Part shown: positions 7,838 to 18,375 of the stretch, piece after piece | Numbering within the stretch: the stretch's first letter is position 1 | Layout of the letters: each line of letters begins with the position of its first letter | Assembly: GCA_030141605.1 (NCBI GenBank) | Contig: JAQGDQ010002493.1 | Coordinates: 1-18,664, forward strand | DNA length: 18,664 nucleotides | Origin: Tubiluchus corallicola | Taxonomy: Eukaryota; Animalia; Priapulida | Direction of reading: 5' to 3' | Position numbers and translations under genes: made by a program | Notes under the pieces: model-generated | The model's input: only the letters and a program-made list of their open reading frames with translations | What the model was told of the DNA's origin: nothing | The model's database searches: none

Positions 7838-7934
7838 CAACCTTGCACCTCACACATACCCAAATATATATGCAAATCCCAGGCAATTACAATAGAAAAA
7901 ATAGTTGCGCCCATCACCACCCTACTCGTAGTGT

Positions 7935-7980
7935 AAAAAATCGAAGACATCTCACCACAAATTTATCACTGTGAAGATGC
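7935..7980 (-). terminator. Possible weak terminator of the aro operon
   Basis: Minus strand GCATCTTCACA-N10-TGTGGTGAGATGT forms an imperfect stem followed by CTTCGATTTTTT, just downstream of aroQ. Confidence 0.3.
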
Positions 7981-8026
7981 AAATTAGAAAAAAGGCTTTA
8001 CAAAGCTGCAGCGCAAAAACTCACAT

Positions 8027-8452
8027 CTACTTCAGCAGATATTTAATCCCTTCGATATAGGATTGCAGTCCCAAGCCGGATATCTGTTTGACGCAAGCGT
8101 CCTTAGTTACCGAAATACGGCGGAATTCTTCCCTACTGCTTATGTCGCTCAAGTGGACTTCCACAGCGGGAAGATTGACAGCGCTCAAAGCATCCCTAAT
8201 GGCATAGGAATAGTGAGTATATGCCGCAGGGTTAATTACAATGCCATCTGCCTGGGTTCGGTTTTCGTGGAGGAAATCTATGATCTCGCCCTCGCAGTTT
8301 GATTGAAAAATCCTGACTTCTGCTCCGTTCTGCAAAGCAAACTCCTTAATACTGTCATTTATGTCCTTGAGAGTAACTGTCCCATAGATGTCGGGCTCAC
8401 GCTCTCCGAGTAAATTTAAATTTGGCCCATGCACTATTAGTATCTTTTTCAT
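8027..8452 (-). CDS. aroQ: Type II 3-dehydroquinate dehydratase
   Basis: Motifs HGPNLNLLGEREPDIYG, INPAAYTHYSYA and VEVHLS...REEFR. Confidence 0.97.
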   Translation of the reverse strand: MKKILIVHGPNLNLLGEREPDIYGTVTLKDINDSIKEFALQNGAEVRIFQSNCEGEIIDFLHENRTQADGIVINPAAYTHYSYAIRDALSAVNLPAVEVHLSDISSREEFRRISVTKDACVKQISGLGLQSYIEGIKYLLK

Positions 8453-9552
8453 AAAGTATTTATCCCCACGGCTTTCATCGCTTCAAAAATTTCCGTTTTA
8501 TCCACGGTATCATCAGAGACCGTCTTACCTATTTCGCTCAACAGCACAAAATTAATTTTTTCGTTTCGTATCTTTTTATCCCTTTTTAGAGCGGTCATAA
8601 GCTTATCAAAATCGATATTTCCGAGCCCAGGAGGTAGTGCAAAGTTGCTCAAAAACTCTCTCACTCTTCCGTATGCATCTTCACTTAAGTGCCCTTTATT
8701 GCGAGAAATTTCTACGGCAACCTTCATCCCAACCATAACCGCTTCCCCATGATGGAGGTTTTGATAATCTGACACCCTCTCCAATGCGTGTCCGACGGTA
8801 TGACCAAAGTTTAACACTTCTCTCAAGCCCAGTTTATCGTACTCATCGGCAGCCACAATATCTGCTTTTAGCTGCACGCACCTCTCTACCACGTGAGCTA
8901 TAACGCCCTCTTCCCGCCCAAGAACCGCATCCAAGCGCTCCTCCAAAAAAGAAAATAGCCCCATATCGAGAGAAATTGCGTATTTGACTACCTCCCCAAC
9001 GCCCGAAAGGTAATCCCTATTTGAAAGAGTTTTCAAGAGCTTAACATCACAAATGACAAGTGACGGTTGATAAATCGAACCGATAAGATTCTTGGCCTCT
9101 TTATGGTTCACCCCTGTCTTTCCGCCGATTGAGCTATCAACCTGAGCCAATAGGGTGCTAGGAAGACCTACCCATCTCACTCCTCTCAAGAAGGTAGAAG
9201 CGACAAATCCCGCAACATCCCCGGTGGTGCCTCCACCCAATGCAAAGATCACAGACCCCCGATCAGCTTTATTTTCAATCAATTTATCATAGAGCAGTTT
9301 CACATTATCGAGCTCTTTGGCCTGCTCTCCAGCTTCCAAAGGAATTATAGTCACCTGACGATTGGATTTTGCTAAAGCACTCTCAAGCTTCTTAGCCTCT
9401 AACATCAAATTCATGTCCGATATGATAAATAATTTCGCCTGATCAAGTCCGCTGAAATCTTGCACAACTCTGTCAGCTATGTCACATCCTATGTAGATTT
9501 CATAGTCTTTGTCCGCTCCATCATAACCAAATTCTATGCCGACCCTCTTCAT
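8449..9552 (-). CDS. aroB: 3-dehydroquinate synthase
   Basis: Motifs ALGGGTTGDVAGF, STLLAQVDSSIGGKTGVN, LNFGHTVGHALE and HGEAV; 4-nt overlap with aroQ. Confidence 0.97.
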   Translation of the reverse strand: MKRVGIEFGYDGADKDYEIYIGCDIADRVVQDFSGLDQAKLFIISDMNLMLEAKKLESALAKSNRQVTIIPLEAGEQAKELDNVKLLYDKLIENKADRGSVIFALGGGTTGDVAGFVASTFLRGVRWVGLPSTLLAQVDSSIGGKTGVNHKEAKNLIGSIYQPSLVICDVKLLKTLSNRDYLSGVGEVVKYAISLDMGLFSFLEERLDAVLGREEGVIAHVVERCVQLKADIVAADEYDKLGLREVLNFGHTVGHALERVSDYQNLHHGEAVMVGMKVAVEISRNKGHLSEDAYGRVREFLSNFALPPGLGNIDFDKLMTALKRDKKIRNEKINFVLLSEIGKTVSDDTVDKTEIFEAMKAVGINTL

Positions 9553-10079
9553 AAACCTAAACGCCTCACTTTTGCAACTATATCGTCAGCCACTTCATGC
9601 AATGTTTTTTCATCAACCTGTACAACAATGTCCGCCTCTTCATAAAATGGCTTGCGCTCATCCAAAATCTGTCTCATCCTCTCCAAAGCTTCCAATCGAT
9701 CCAACGATTGTAATAACGGTCTATCACCCTTCTTAAGCCGTGCGCACAAAGTTTCAGCTTCTGCCTTTAGATACACGGTAGAAGAAAACTCATGTATGAG
9801 CTCCCTGTTGCGCTTATCAGCAATGGCACCACCTCCCACAGAGGTCACCTGTTCGCAAGCATCGGCAATGGTAGATATAACATCCGTCTCCAGCTCTCTA
9901 AAGTGCTTCTCTCCCATCTTTTCAAATATGTCCGGGATACTCATCCCCGCTCTCTTTTCAATAAGCGCATCAGTATCCACAAAATCTTTTTCAAGGCGGA
10001 GAGCCAAAATGCTACCTACAGTGGTCTTACCTGCTCCCATACAGCCTATGAGAGATATGTTACCCCTGCCCTTTGACAT
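9549..10079 (-). CDS. aroK: Shikimate kinase
   Basis: P-loop GCMGAGKTTVG, FVDTD, GEKHFRELE, SVGGG and RPLL. Start placed at ATG 10079 behind GGAGGAGG. Confidence 0.96.
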   Translation of the reverse strand: MSKGRGNISLIGCMGAGKTTVGSILALRLEKDFVDTDALIEKRAGMSIPDIFEKMGEKHFRELETDVISTIADACEQVTSVGGGAIADKRNRELIHEFSSTVYLKAEAETLCARLKKGDRPLLQSLDRLEALERMRQILDERKPFYEEADIVVQVDEKTLHEVADDIVAKVRRLGL

Positions 10080-11202
10080 ATCGCCTAACCTCCTCCATGG
10101 AGTCGCCGCCAAACTTCTGCAAAATATGATCCGTCAAAACAAGAGCCAACAAAGACTCGCCTATCACCGCTGCAGCTGGAACTGCGCACACATCGGAGCG
10201 CTCAACGTGGGCTTTTTCCTCTTTGAGAGTTTTAATATTAACTGAGTTTAACGGCTTCATCAGCGTCGGTATCGGTTTCATACACGCACGGACAACTACT
10301 GTTTGTCCCGTCGTCATACCACCCACGATTCCACCGCTGCGATTTGTAAGGGGAGTAACGACACCATCGACCAATCCATATTCATCATGAGCATCAAAAC
10401 CGCTCAAGTTTGCAGTTTTAAAACCCAGACCAATCTCTACACCCTTTATGCCATTTAAACTGAGAAATGATTTACCAATATCCCCCTCAATCCGCCTGTC
10501 CCAATGGACATAGCTTCCCAATCCTGCAGGCGTCTGCTCTGCATACACGTCAAACACTCCTCCAACGGTATCACCATCGAGACGAGCCTTTTCAATCTCC
10601 TCAATCATCAGCTCTTCATTGCCCAGAGCCCTAACCCTTGATTTATCCACAACCCTGTTGAGATCACAAATATCCACATCCAAAGAACTGTCGTCACTTA
10701 CGCTTCCGATACCGACCACACGGCTGGCGACACTGATGCCCAGGTCCTCCAACAATCGCCTTGCAACAGAACCTACAGCGACACGCATGGCAGTCTCTCT
10801 GGCGCTTGCCCTCTCTAAAACGTTCCTCATGTCATCGTGCTTATATTTTAGAGCTCCAACATAATCCGCATGACCCGGACGGGGTATATCGATACGGCGT
10901 TGATCTCTTCCAGACTGAGGATATTCAACCTGCATCACGTCTTGCCAATTTTCATAATCTTGATTCTCGATCATCAATGCAATCGGGCTGCCCAGACTTT
11001 TGCCATGACGGACGCCCGTCACGATATCAACAGCGTCACCCTCAATACTCTGACGCCCGCCCCTGCCAAAGCCAAGTTTTCGTCTCCTCAACTGTGCATC
11101 AACATACTCCGCAGAAATATCTAAACCGGAAGGTATCCCCTCAATAATTCCGACTAATGCTTTGCCGTGGGATTCCCCCGCCGTTAAATATCTGATGCTC
11201 AT
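10060..11202 (-). CDS. aroC: Chorismate synthase
   Basis: Motifs TAGESHG, PRPGHAD, ERASARETA, MKPIPTL and ERSDVCAVPAA. Confidence 0.98.
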   Translation of the reverse strand: MSIRYLTAGESHGKALVGIIEGIPSGLDISAEYVDAQLRRRKLGFGRGGRQSIEGDAVDIVTGVRHGKSLGSPIALMIENQDYENWQDVMQVEYPQSGRDQRRIDIPRPGHADYVGALKYKHDDMRNVLERASARETAMRVAVGSVARRLLEDLGISVASRVVGIGSVSDDSSLDVDICDLNRVVDKSRVRALGNEELMIEEIEKARLDGDTVGGVFDVYAEQTPAGLGSYVHWDRRIEGDIGKSFLSLNGIKGVEIGLGFKTANLSGFDAHDEYGLVDGVVTPLTNRSGGIVGGMTTGQTVVVRACMKPIPTLMKPLNSVNIKTLKEEKAHVERSDVCAVPAAAVIGESLLALVLTDHILQKFGGDSMEEVRRYVKGQG

Positions 11203-12089
11203 GCATCCCTTCTGTTAAGGTGGTCAAGGCACAAACTCTTCAAATCATCTTTAACTTTCTTCTCATCAAGCAACAGCTGAAACCATGTCTCAAACGTTTT
11301 GGCAGCTTGCCACACCAGCATATCCAAGCCCGAAATGGTCTTCAAGCCATTCCTCTCTCCGGCTTTCAAGAAGGAGGTTTTATCTTTTCCGTAGACTAAG
11401 TCAAATATGACGGCATCACGATTTGAGATTGACTTAGGCAAAATATCCATGTCGATTTTGTCTTTCATCCCGATGGTGGTCGCATTGAGATAGATATCTG
11501 CACTATCTGTAACGGTTGTCTCCAAACTCATGGGGATAAACTCGGTTTGGGGATAAATCGCCTTCATGGCATCCCCAATGATGGTCGCTTTTGGCAAGGT
11601 CCTATTGACGATGTAGACGGTCTTAACCTTCAGGTCGCCCATACAAGCCGCAACCGCTCGGGCCGCCCCTCCGGCACCGTAAACTACTGCACTTTCACTC
11701 TCCACGGGAAAGTTTATATCATCCAAAACCTTCCTGATACCGTAAACATCGGTGTTATAACCCTTGAGCTTTCTGGTTCCGTCATCATCCGTCAAAGCCT
11801 TAACGACATTGACCGCCCCGACAGCTTTAGCTTCAGGGGCAACTTCATCAAGGCTGTCCATCACCGCCACCTTGTGCGGATGCGTGACGTTGCAGCCTAC
11901 CATCCCTTCATCACTTTTAAGCTCTGACATGTATTTGGCGAGATCTTCAGGGGGAACGGGTTCAGCACCGTAGGAAAACTGTACCCCATCCAGATATTTT
12001 GACAATTCGCCGAATATTACCGGGGAAAGTGAATGCTTAATCGGATATCCGATCAGAACGGCTCGCATAACGTTATCTTGTCTCTCCAT
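11199..12089 (-). CDS. aroE: Shikimate dehydrogenase
   Basis: Motifs IGYPIKHSLSP, GCNVTHPHK, GAVNV, GYNTDVYG, GAGGAARA, NRT and GLDMLVWQA. Confidence 0.96.
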   Translation of the reverse strand: MERQDNVMRAVLIGYPIKHSLSPVIFGELSKYLDGVQFSYGAEPVPPEDLAKYMSELKSDEGMVGCNVTHPHKVAVMDSLDEVAPEAKAVGAVNVVKALTDDDGTRKLKGYNTDVYGIRKVLDDINFPVESESAVVYGAGGAARAVAACMGDLKVKTVYIVNRTLPKATIIGDAMKAIYPQTEFIPMSLETTVTDSADIYLNATTIGMKDKIDMDILPKSISNRDAVIFDLVYGKDKTSFLKAGERNGLKTISGLDMLVWQAAKTFETWFQLLLDEKKVKDDLKSLCLDHLNRRDA

Positions 12090-13366
12090 AAATTAACTCC
12101 TTCAAATCCGTATAGTAGTTCGGATACGAAATATCAACGCAGTTGCCCCCAATTATCTCAGTAGCCCCATCAGCTAAAAGAGCTGCCACCGAAAATGACA
12201 TGGCAATCCGATGATCTCCAAACGATTCTATCTTTGCAGGTCTAAACTTTTGAGGGCCAGCTATCCTAAAACCGTCCTCAAACACGTCTATATCTATTCC
12301 CATCCTTTTCAAGTTCAGTTCAATAGCTCTCAACCTGTCGCTCTCCTTTACCCTGAGGTCAAGCGCTCCACTGACGACAGTTTCCCCATCGGCAGTTGCA
12401 GCAATCACAGCGATCAACGGCAATTCATCTATCAGGTCAGGGATCTCATCCTCCGTTATCACTGTGCCTTGCAGCTCGGAGTAGTTTACCAAAAGATGAC
12501 CATAAGGTTCTGGAGTTTCCTCAACAACCTCACAACTAATGTCTGCGCCCATTCTCCTCAATACACTGATGATGCCCAATCTACTGGGATTGAGAGACAG
12601 GTTTAATATCTTCACCCGGCTCCCGGGAAGCATCGCAGCCCCGGCGATAAAATAAGCCGCAGAGGAAACATCACCCGGCACATAAAGATCATTATGGATA
12701 AAAGATTGACCACCGTCAATGAATATGGAATCTTGCGTCACCTTTAGTTCACAACCGTAATGCGGCAAGAGACGCTCCGTGTGGTCTCGACTCTTTATGC
12801 AACCGGTCAAGGTCGTACTCCCCTTTGACTGCAGAGCAGCCAAAATTATCGCACTCTTAACTTGAGCGCTCGCCTTCAGGAGATCGTGAGAAGTCCCCAT
12901 CAGAGAAGCTCCACCCTTTACTATTACAGGAGCAGTACCCCCATCCGTCAGATGAATCTTTGCCCCCATCTTCGATAGAGGTGTTGCAACCCGACCCATG
13001 GGGCGACTGGAGAGAGACTCATCACCAATAAGTCTGCTGGAAAATTTGCAACCAGCCAAAATCCCCATCAATAAACGCATAGTCGTCCCGGAGTTGCCGC
13101 AGTCAAGTTCGCAAGAAGGTTCCTTCAACCCAGCAACACCACCGACACCGTAAACCACTGTCCGATCTTCCTCTGTCTCAAATCTGACACCCATCCCTTC
13201 AAGACAACGACGAGTAGACATCACATCCGATCCATCAGATGCGTTTGTAACAGTGCTCTCACCATCCGCCAAAGCGCTCATCATAAAAGCGCGATGCGAT
13301 ATAGACTTATCTCCCGGGACTTCAATATCCCCAACCAGCAGCAGGTCTCATTACTATATCAGGCAC
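12073..13366 (-). CDS. aroA: EPSP synthase (apparent frameshift near 13340)
   Basis: Motifs LDCGNSGTTMRL, ASAQVKSA, LRVKESDR and GDHRIAM. The frame extends upstream of the track start as VGDIEVPGDKSISHRAF, reaching a stop at 13348-13350. Another frame gives GTG(13366)-PDIVMRPAAG, so one indel is inferred. Confidence 0.93.
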
Positions 13367-13374
13367 TTATCTAT

Positions 13375-14389
13375 CTACCGACAGTTAACTTCCAACACTT
13401 CTGCCAAACCCCTCAACGATTGAAGCAACGAAGTGAACATATGCGGTTCAAGCGACTGAGGACCATCACAGAGAGCTACCTTGGGATTGTTGTGAACTTC
13501 TATGATCACAGCATGCGCCCCTATGGCAACGGATGCCCTCGACGCTGGAGCTACTAACTCCCTCTTTCCGGTTCCATGACTCGGATCCACAATAACGGGA
13601 AGATGAGTAAGACTCTTTAACACCGGAACAGCAGCCAAATCCAGAAGGTTTCTAGTATGTGTATCAAATGAACGAATGCCGCGCTCGCAAAGGATAACGT
13701 TGTGATTTCCAGCATCCAATATATATTCTGCAGCCATCAAAAACTCATCCAAAGTAGCAGCCATACCGCGCTTTAGCATAACGGGCTTGTCAATCCGACC
13801 GACCGCTTTGAGTAGAGAAACGTTTTGCATATTTCTAGCGCCAATCTGCACAATATCCGCAACATCAATCATACCGTCCAAGCCTTCAGTATCAAGCGCC
13901 TCCGTGACTATTGGCAGATCAAATTCGCTTTTGATCTCTCTCAAAATCTCGACCCCCTTCTTCCCCAAACCTTGGAAAGAATACGGCGAATATCTGGGTT
14001 TGTAAGCTCCTCCCCGCAATGCCACTCCACCTGCTGCCTTAATCACAGCAGCTACCGCTCTCATCTGTTCCAAAGACTCCACAGTACACGGGCCGCCTAT
14101 CACCGAAAAGTTGTTACCGCCAAAAATGGCACTCATTCACGTCAATAACAGTATCGTCAGGCTTACACTCTCGCTTGCAAGTTTATAAGGCTTAGACACG
14201 GGAATAGCTTCTTAACTCCATTAAACTTCATAAACTCTTCACCATCTATAGTCCTTATTCCCAGTAATAGCCACAGCCACGCTGTGATCTCCAGTAATCA
14301 CCGTAGGAGTACAACCCATCTCTCTTATATGATCCGCAACTTTGCAAATCTGTTCATCCAGTAACCAAACCTTTTCCACATATTATCAT
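13375..14389 (-). CDS. aroF: DAHP synthase class I-beta with N-terminal regulatory domain (several apparent frameshifts in 14137-14389)
   Basis: Catalytic motifs IGGPCTVES, RGGAYKPR, QIGARNMQN, LCERGIR, DPSHGTG and CDGPQSL. Upstream fragments in shifting frames read DEQICKVADHIREMGCTPTVITGDHSVAVAITGN, EAIPVSKPYKLAS and KPDDTVIDVN, matching the Thermotoga-type N-terminal domain and its KPYKLxSRE linker. Confidence 0.92.
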
Positions 14390-14852
14390 CCTAAAATCGC
14401 CTGAATATTCTCAACCACTTGACCCGGAACAAGTCAAACCGAGTAGAGGATTATTATACAAAAATGATCCTTATTCAATATTCAATTTTTTATTCCCTTA
14501 TCATTACAGATAACAAAATGTTATCTTGCTAACACATGTATATTCTGTTTTGCAATTTATACAATACGTAATTTGCAAACTTTTAACCGATGTCGACCAT
14601 ATTATACAAAAGGCTTAGTGGAGATCGGGATACTGTATCATCTATCTTTTTTGATAAGGTCTCACCTTTTTGGACAGTTTGCTTTGTTTGCACAGGTTGA
14701 GCGTTTTTTATAAATTTTCTATTGAAAAATATGGGAAAATAGTATATCTATTTCAATTCAATCGCGGAGTGTGCTGTTTTTCCTCGGTAAAACGGGCTGT
14801 GCTTTTGTTCTGCTCGTCTTTGAGTTGGCAGGTGTCTCTGTGTCTTTTTTAT

Positions 14853-14922
14853 GGTAGTGCAGCTCAGCCGGTAGAGCCCGGATTGCATTCAACGGTCGCG
14901 GTCAACTCCCATCACCCAGCCA
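14853..14922 (+). tRNA. Degraded tRNA, probably tRNA-His
   Basis: D-arm AGCTCAGCCGGTAGAGC is intact. CCGGATTGCATTC resembles the His arm CCGGA-TTGTGAT-TCCGG with bases lost. Remnant T-arm GGTCGCGGTCAACTCCC. The anticodon cannot be read reliably. Confidence 0.55.
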
Positions 14923-15003
14923 CTGATGTATGAACTTGGTAGACGCCCTAGACTTAGGATCTAGTGCCTTCTCGGCGTGGGGGTTCGAGTCCCTTCACTC
15001 GCA
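14923..15003 (+). tRNA. tRNA-Leu (anticodon TAG), 5' acceptor strand corrupted
   Basis: TGGTAGACGC D-loop; anticodon arm CTAGA-CT-TAG-GA-TCTAG (TAG at 14955-14957); long variable arm; T-arm GGGGGTTCGAGTCCCTT; 3' CACTCGC-A. The expected 5' GCGAGTG is not intact. Confidence 0.88.
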
Positions 15004-15106
15004 CTTATTCTTCATTTTGCTAAGTTCCGCATGAATCATTAACACAAATTAAATCGTCTTAACCTTATGCGGCATAATTTGGTAAAATGTACTTTAGGAG
15101 TAATTC

Positions 15107-16423
15107 ATGGAATTTCAGATCAAGGACGCGGAGAAGTCTCAAAAAGAGCTGACCATAGAGGTCAGTGTTGAAGAGCGCAATGAATTGTACCAGGAAGAGC
15201 TTGAAAAGCTGTCAAAAGATGTGAAGGTACAGGGTTTCAGGAAAGGGAAAGCACCCCAAAATATGGTGGAAAAAGCCCACAAAGACACACTCAACAGAAA
15301 CACGATTAGAAAATATCAACAAATACATCATCCAGCAACTAGTAGGCAAACATATCCCCTTGATCATCCAACACCGTTACGGACATTTAGATGAAGATGA
15401 TCATCAAAGTTTAAGGAGACATGGAAGATATCCACGAACATAGAGAAGAAAAACCTCGAACTTGAAAAGAACGGTGTCGTTCACAGACGGTGACGCCGAG
15501 ACGATAATAAGCGACCTTGCCATGCGTTCTGCTGAATTTGAGACGGTCGAGTCAGAAGATGAGCAGATAGTTGACGGCGATTTGGCTGTTATTGACTTTA
15601 CCGGTTACTTGGGTGACGAGGCATTTGAGGGTGGAAGCGCTGAAGGGTATTCCTTGCAGATAGGTTCTAAATCTTTCATCGGTGATTTTGAAGAACAGCT
15701 AATAGGCTTAAAGACGGGCGAAGAAAAGGATGTAAACGTCGCATTCCCTGACAATTATCACGCAGAGCACCTCAAAGGACAGCCGGTTCTGTTCAAGGTT
15801 AAGGTAAATGAAATAAAGAGAAAGGTTACCCCTACCCTGAATGATGAAGTTGCCAAATCTTTAAACCCCGAATGTGAGGGGATAGAAGATCTGAAAAATA
15901 TTGTCAAGAAGGATATGGAGACCAACGCTGTAGAGATGGCTAAAGATAAACTTTTTAGCAACATGATAGAGAAGATAATAACAGAAAATCAGTTTGATAT
16001 CCCGGTAACTCTCATTAAAGAACAAGCCGAAAGGCTCACCGAAAGCCTCATGAATCAATATAGGATGCAGGGGATGGATCCGGATAGGGCTGGTGTCGAT
16101 ATCAATGAGATAACATCAAGCTATATGGTCATGGCAGAGAAGCAGGTCAAGGGTGCAGCCATAGTTACACACCTTGGTCAAAAAGAGAATATTGTGATTG
16201 GGGATGATGAATTTGAAGCAGAGCTTGTAAAGATCTCCGAGATAGAGGGTGTTCCACTGGAGCAACTCTCAAGGAAAACTATGCAAAATCCGGTAAACTA
16301 AACTCCATAAAGGACAGAGTCTATTGGGAACGCGTGCTGGATATGCTCATTGCAAAGAATGTAGTCAAAGACAAGATCATAGACAAGGATGAGTTTTTTC
16401 AAAGTATGGGCTATACGGGCTGA
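15107..16423 (+). CDS. tig: Trigger factor (apparent frameshifts at ~15300-15460 and ~16270)
   Basis: Ribosome-binding signature GFRKGKAP; FKBP domain IDFTG...FEGG...FIGDFEEQLIG...FPDNYHA. A C-terminal segment in a shifted frame, LKENYAKSGKLNSIKDRVYWERVLDMLI, ends at TGA 16423. AGGAG SD present; lies upstream of clpP. Confidence 0.93.
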
Positions 16424-16459
16424 TTTTTTGAAAAGAGGCACAAGTTAATAGGAGATGTT

Positions 16460-17056
16460 ATGAGTTATTACGTACCCTACGTCATAGAGCAGACTAATCG
16501 CGGTGGAGAGCGCTCTTATGATATTTATTCCCGTCTTTTGAAGGACAGGATAATCTTTCTTGGGACAGCCATAGATGATTTAGTGGCAAACAGCATCGTA
16601 GCTCAGCTCCTCTTCTTAGAGGCTGACGATCCTAAAAAGGATATACATATATACATAAATAGCCCGGGTGGATCTGTCACCAGTGGTCTTGCTATTCTCG
16701 ATACCATGCACTATATCCAGGCGGATGTTTCCACAATATGCATAGGCCAAGCAGCAAGCATGGGCGCTGTGCTCCTTGCCGGCGGTACCAAGGGCAAGCG
16801 TTTTGCACTGCAAAATTCCAGAATAATGATACACCAACCCTCCAGCGGCTTTCAGGGTCAAGCCACCGACATGGAGATACACCTGAAGGAGACGTTACGC
16901 CTGAAATCTCGCCTAAATACGATACTGGCAGAATTCACGGGCAATGAAATATCCAAGATAGAGCAAGACTCAGACAGAGATTATTTCATGAGTGTAAATG
17001 AAGCAAAAGATTACGGGCTGATAGATGAAGCCATTGAAAAGAAATCCCAAATATAA
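16460..17056 (+). CDS. clpP: ATP-dependent Clp protease proteolytic subunit
   Basis: Motifs [38 protein letters not shown] and DRDYFMS. Confidence 0.99.
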   Translation: MSYYVPYVIEQTNRGGERSYDIYSRLLKDRIIFLGTAIDDLVANSIVAQLLFLEADDPKKDIHIYINSPGGSVTSGLAILDTMHYIQADVSTICIGQAASMGAVLLAGGTKGKRFALQNSRIMIHQPSSGFQGQATDMEIHLKETLRLKSRLNTILAEFTGNEISKIEQDSDRDYFMSVNEAKDYGLIDEAIEKKSQI

Positions 17057-17094
17057 TCACAATTTTTTTTTAAAATATCTGGAGTGTTAAAATC

Positions 17095-18345
17095 ATGAGT
17101 AAGAAAAGTGTTAATTCTTCGTTAATCTGTTCTTTTTGCGGTAAGGGTCAGAGCGAAGTAAAAAAATTGATTGCAGGTCCGGATGTTTTCATTTGTGATG
17201 AATGTATTGATCTCTGCAACGATATATTGCTCGAAGAGAAGACTGAGAAAGCATTTCCGGGCACAGAAATATCGTTGCCCAATCCTGACGAGATAAATGC
17301 CAAATTAGATGACTTTGTAATAGGTCAGGAGTATGCCAAGAAGGTTTTGAGCGTTGCCATTTATAACCACTACAAGCGCATTAAGAACAAAAAGAAGATC
17401 AATGTGGATATGGAGAAGAGCAATATTCTTCTCATAGGATCCACGGGCACGGGGAAGACTCTTCTCGCCCGCACTCTTGCCAAAATGCTCAATGTACCGT
17501 TTGCCATATCTGACGCTACCACCTTGACGGAAGCAGGTTATGTTGGTGAAGATGTGGAAAATGTTGTGCTAAGGCTCCTTCAAAACGCCGACTATGACGT
17601 GGATAGAGCTCAAAATGGGATAATATTCATCGACGAAATAGACAAAATATCTCGTAAGAGCGACAGCCCTTCCATCACTCGGGATGTCAGTGGTGAAGGT
17701 GTCCAGCAAGCGCTATTGAAGATCGTGGAGGGTACGGTTACAAACATTCCACCCCAAGGTGGACGGAAACACCCGCATCAGGAATATATACAGGTGGACA
17801 CCACAAACATACTATTCATATGCGGCGGTGCCTTTGATGGACTGGATAATATCATCGCCTCGCGTATAGGAAAGAATAAATTGGGCTTCAATAGAAAAGA
17901 TGGTGATGACGGCGCCCCCATTGACAGCAAGAGAGAACTCTTGGACATAGTCAAGCAGGATGATTTGATAAAATACGGCCTTATTCCCGAATTCATCGGT
18001 CGTCTTCCGATGGTGGCGGGTCTTGAGGAGTTGGAAGCCGAAGCTCTTGTCAGGATCCTAACAGAACCTAAAAATGCGCTTGTAAAGCAATATCAGGAGC
18101 TTTTTGCGCTCGATAAGGTGAAGCTTACATTCTCCCATGGGGCATTAAAGGCGATCGCTGATTCTGCTGTGGAAAGAAAAACCGGCGCTAGGGGCTTGCG
18201 CACCATTATAGAAAAGGCTATGCTCGACATAATGTACAGGGTTCCTTCCCTTAAGGACGTCCAGGAATGCATTATCAATGAAGAAGTGATAACGGACAAT
18301 GCAGAACCCATCATCGTTTTGGACAGTAAAGCAGAGAGCGCATAA
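17095..18345 (+). CDS. clpX: ATP-dependent Clp protease ATP-binding subunit
   Basis: Zinc finger CSFCGK...ICDECIDLC, Walker [38 protein letters not shown] and TGARGLR. Confidence 0.99.
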   Translation: MSKKSVNSSLICSFCGKGQSEVKKLIAGPDVFICDECIDLCNDILLEEKTEKAFPGTEISLPNPDEINAKLDDFVIGQEYAKKVLSVAIYNHYKRIKNKKKINVDMEKSNILLIGSTGTGKTLLARTLAKMLNVPFAISDATTLTEAGYVGEDVENVVLRLLQNADYDVDRAQNGIIFIDEIDKISRKSDSPSITRDVSGEGVQQALLKIVEGTVTNIPPQGGRKHPHQEYIQVDTTNILFICGGAFDGLDNIIASRIGKNKLGFNRKDGDDGAPIDSKRELLDIVKQDDLIKYGLIPEFIGRLPMVAGLEELEAEALVRILTEPKNALVKQYQELFALDKVKLTFSHGALKAIADSAVERKTGARGLRTIIEKAMLDIMYRVPSLKDVQECIINEEVITDNAEPIIVLDSKAESA

Positions 18346-18375
18346 TTTTTTATTTGAGACACTAGGAGCTTTATT

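Noticed and set aside
7871-7886. Sigma-54 promoter upstream of the mini rod gene (minus strand TTGCCTGGGATTTGCA)
   Set aside because: The -12 TTGCA matches, but the invariant -24 GG reads TG; not supportable without a corrected sequence.
8063-14148. Plus-strand ORFs inside the aro operon (e.g. 9652-10245, 10761-11147, 12211-12606)
   Set aside because: Antisense shadows of well-supported aro genes.
14880-14890. Reading the first tRNA as tRNA-Cys(GCA)
   Set aside because: The GCA sits in a broken arm, and the D-arm and CCGGATTG stem fit His better; identity left uncertain.
14670-14933. 87-aa ORF upstream of tig
   Set aside because: It overlaps the tRNA genes and an AT-rich promoter region and shows no protein features.
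12073-16423. Programmed frameshifting or true pseudogenes in aroA and tig
   Set aside because: No slippery sequences were seen at the shifts, indels cluster with other corrupted features, and the coding motifs are otherwise intact; sequencing error is the simpler explanation.
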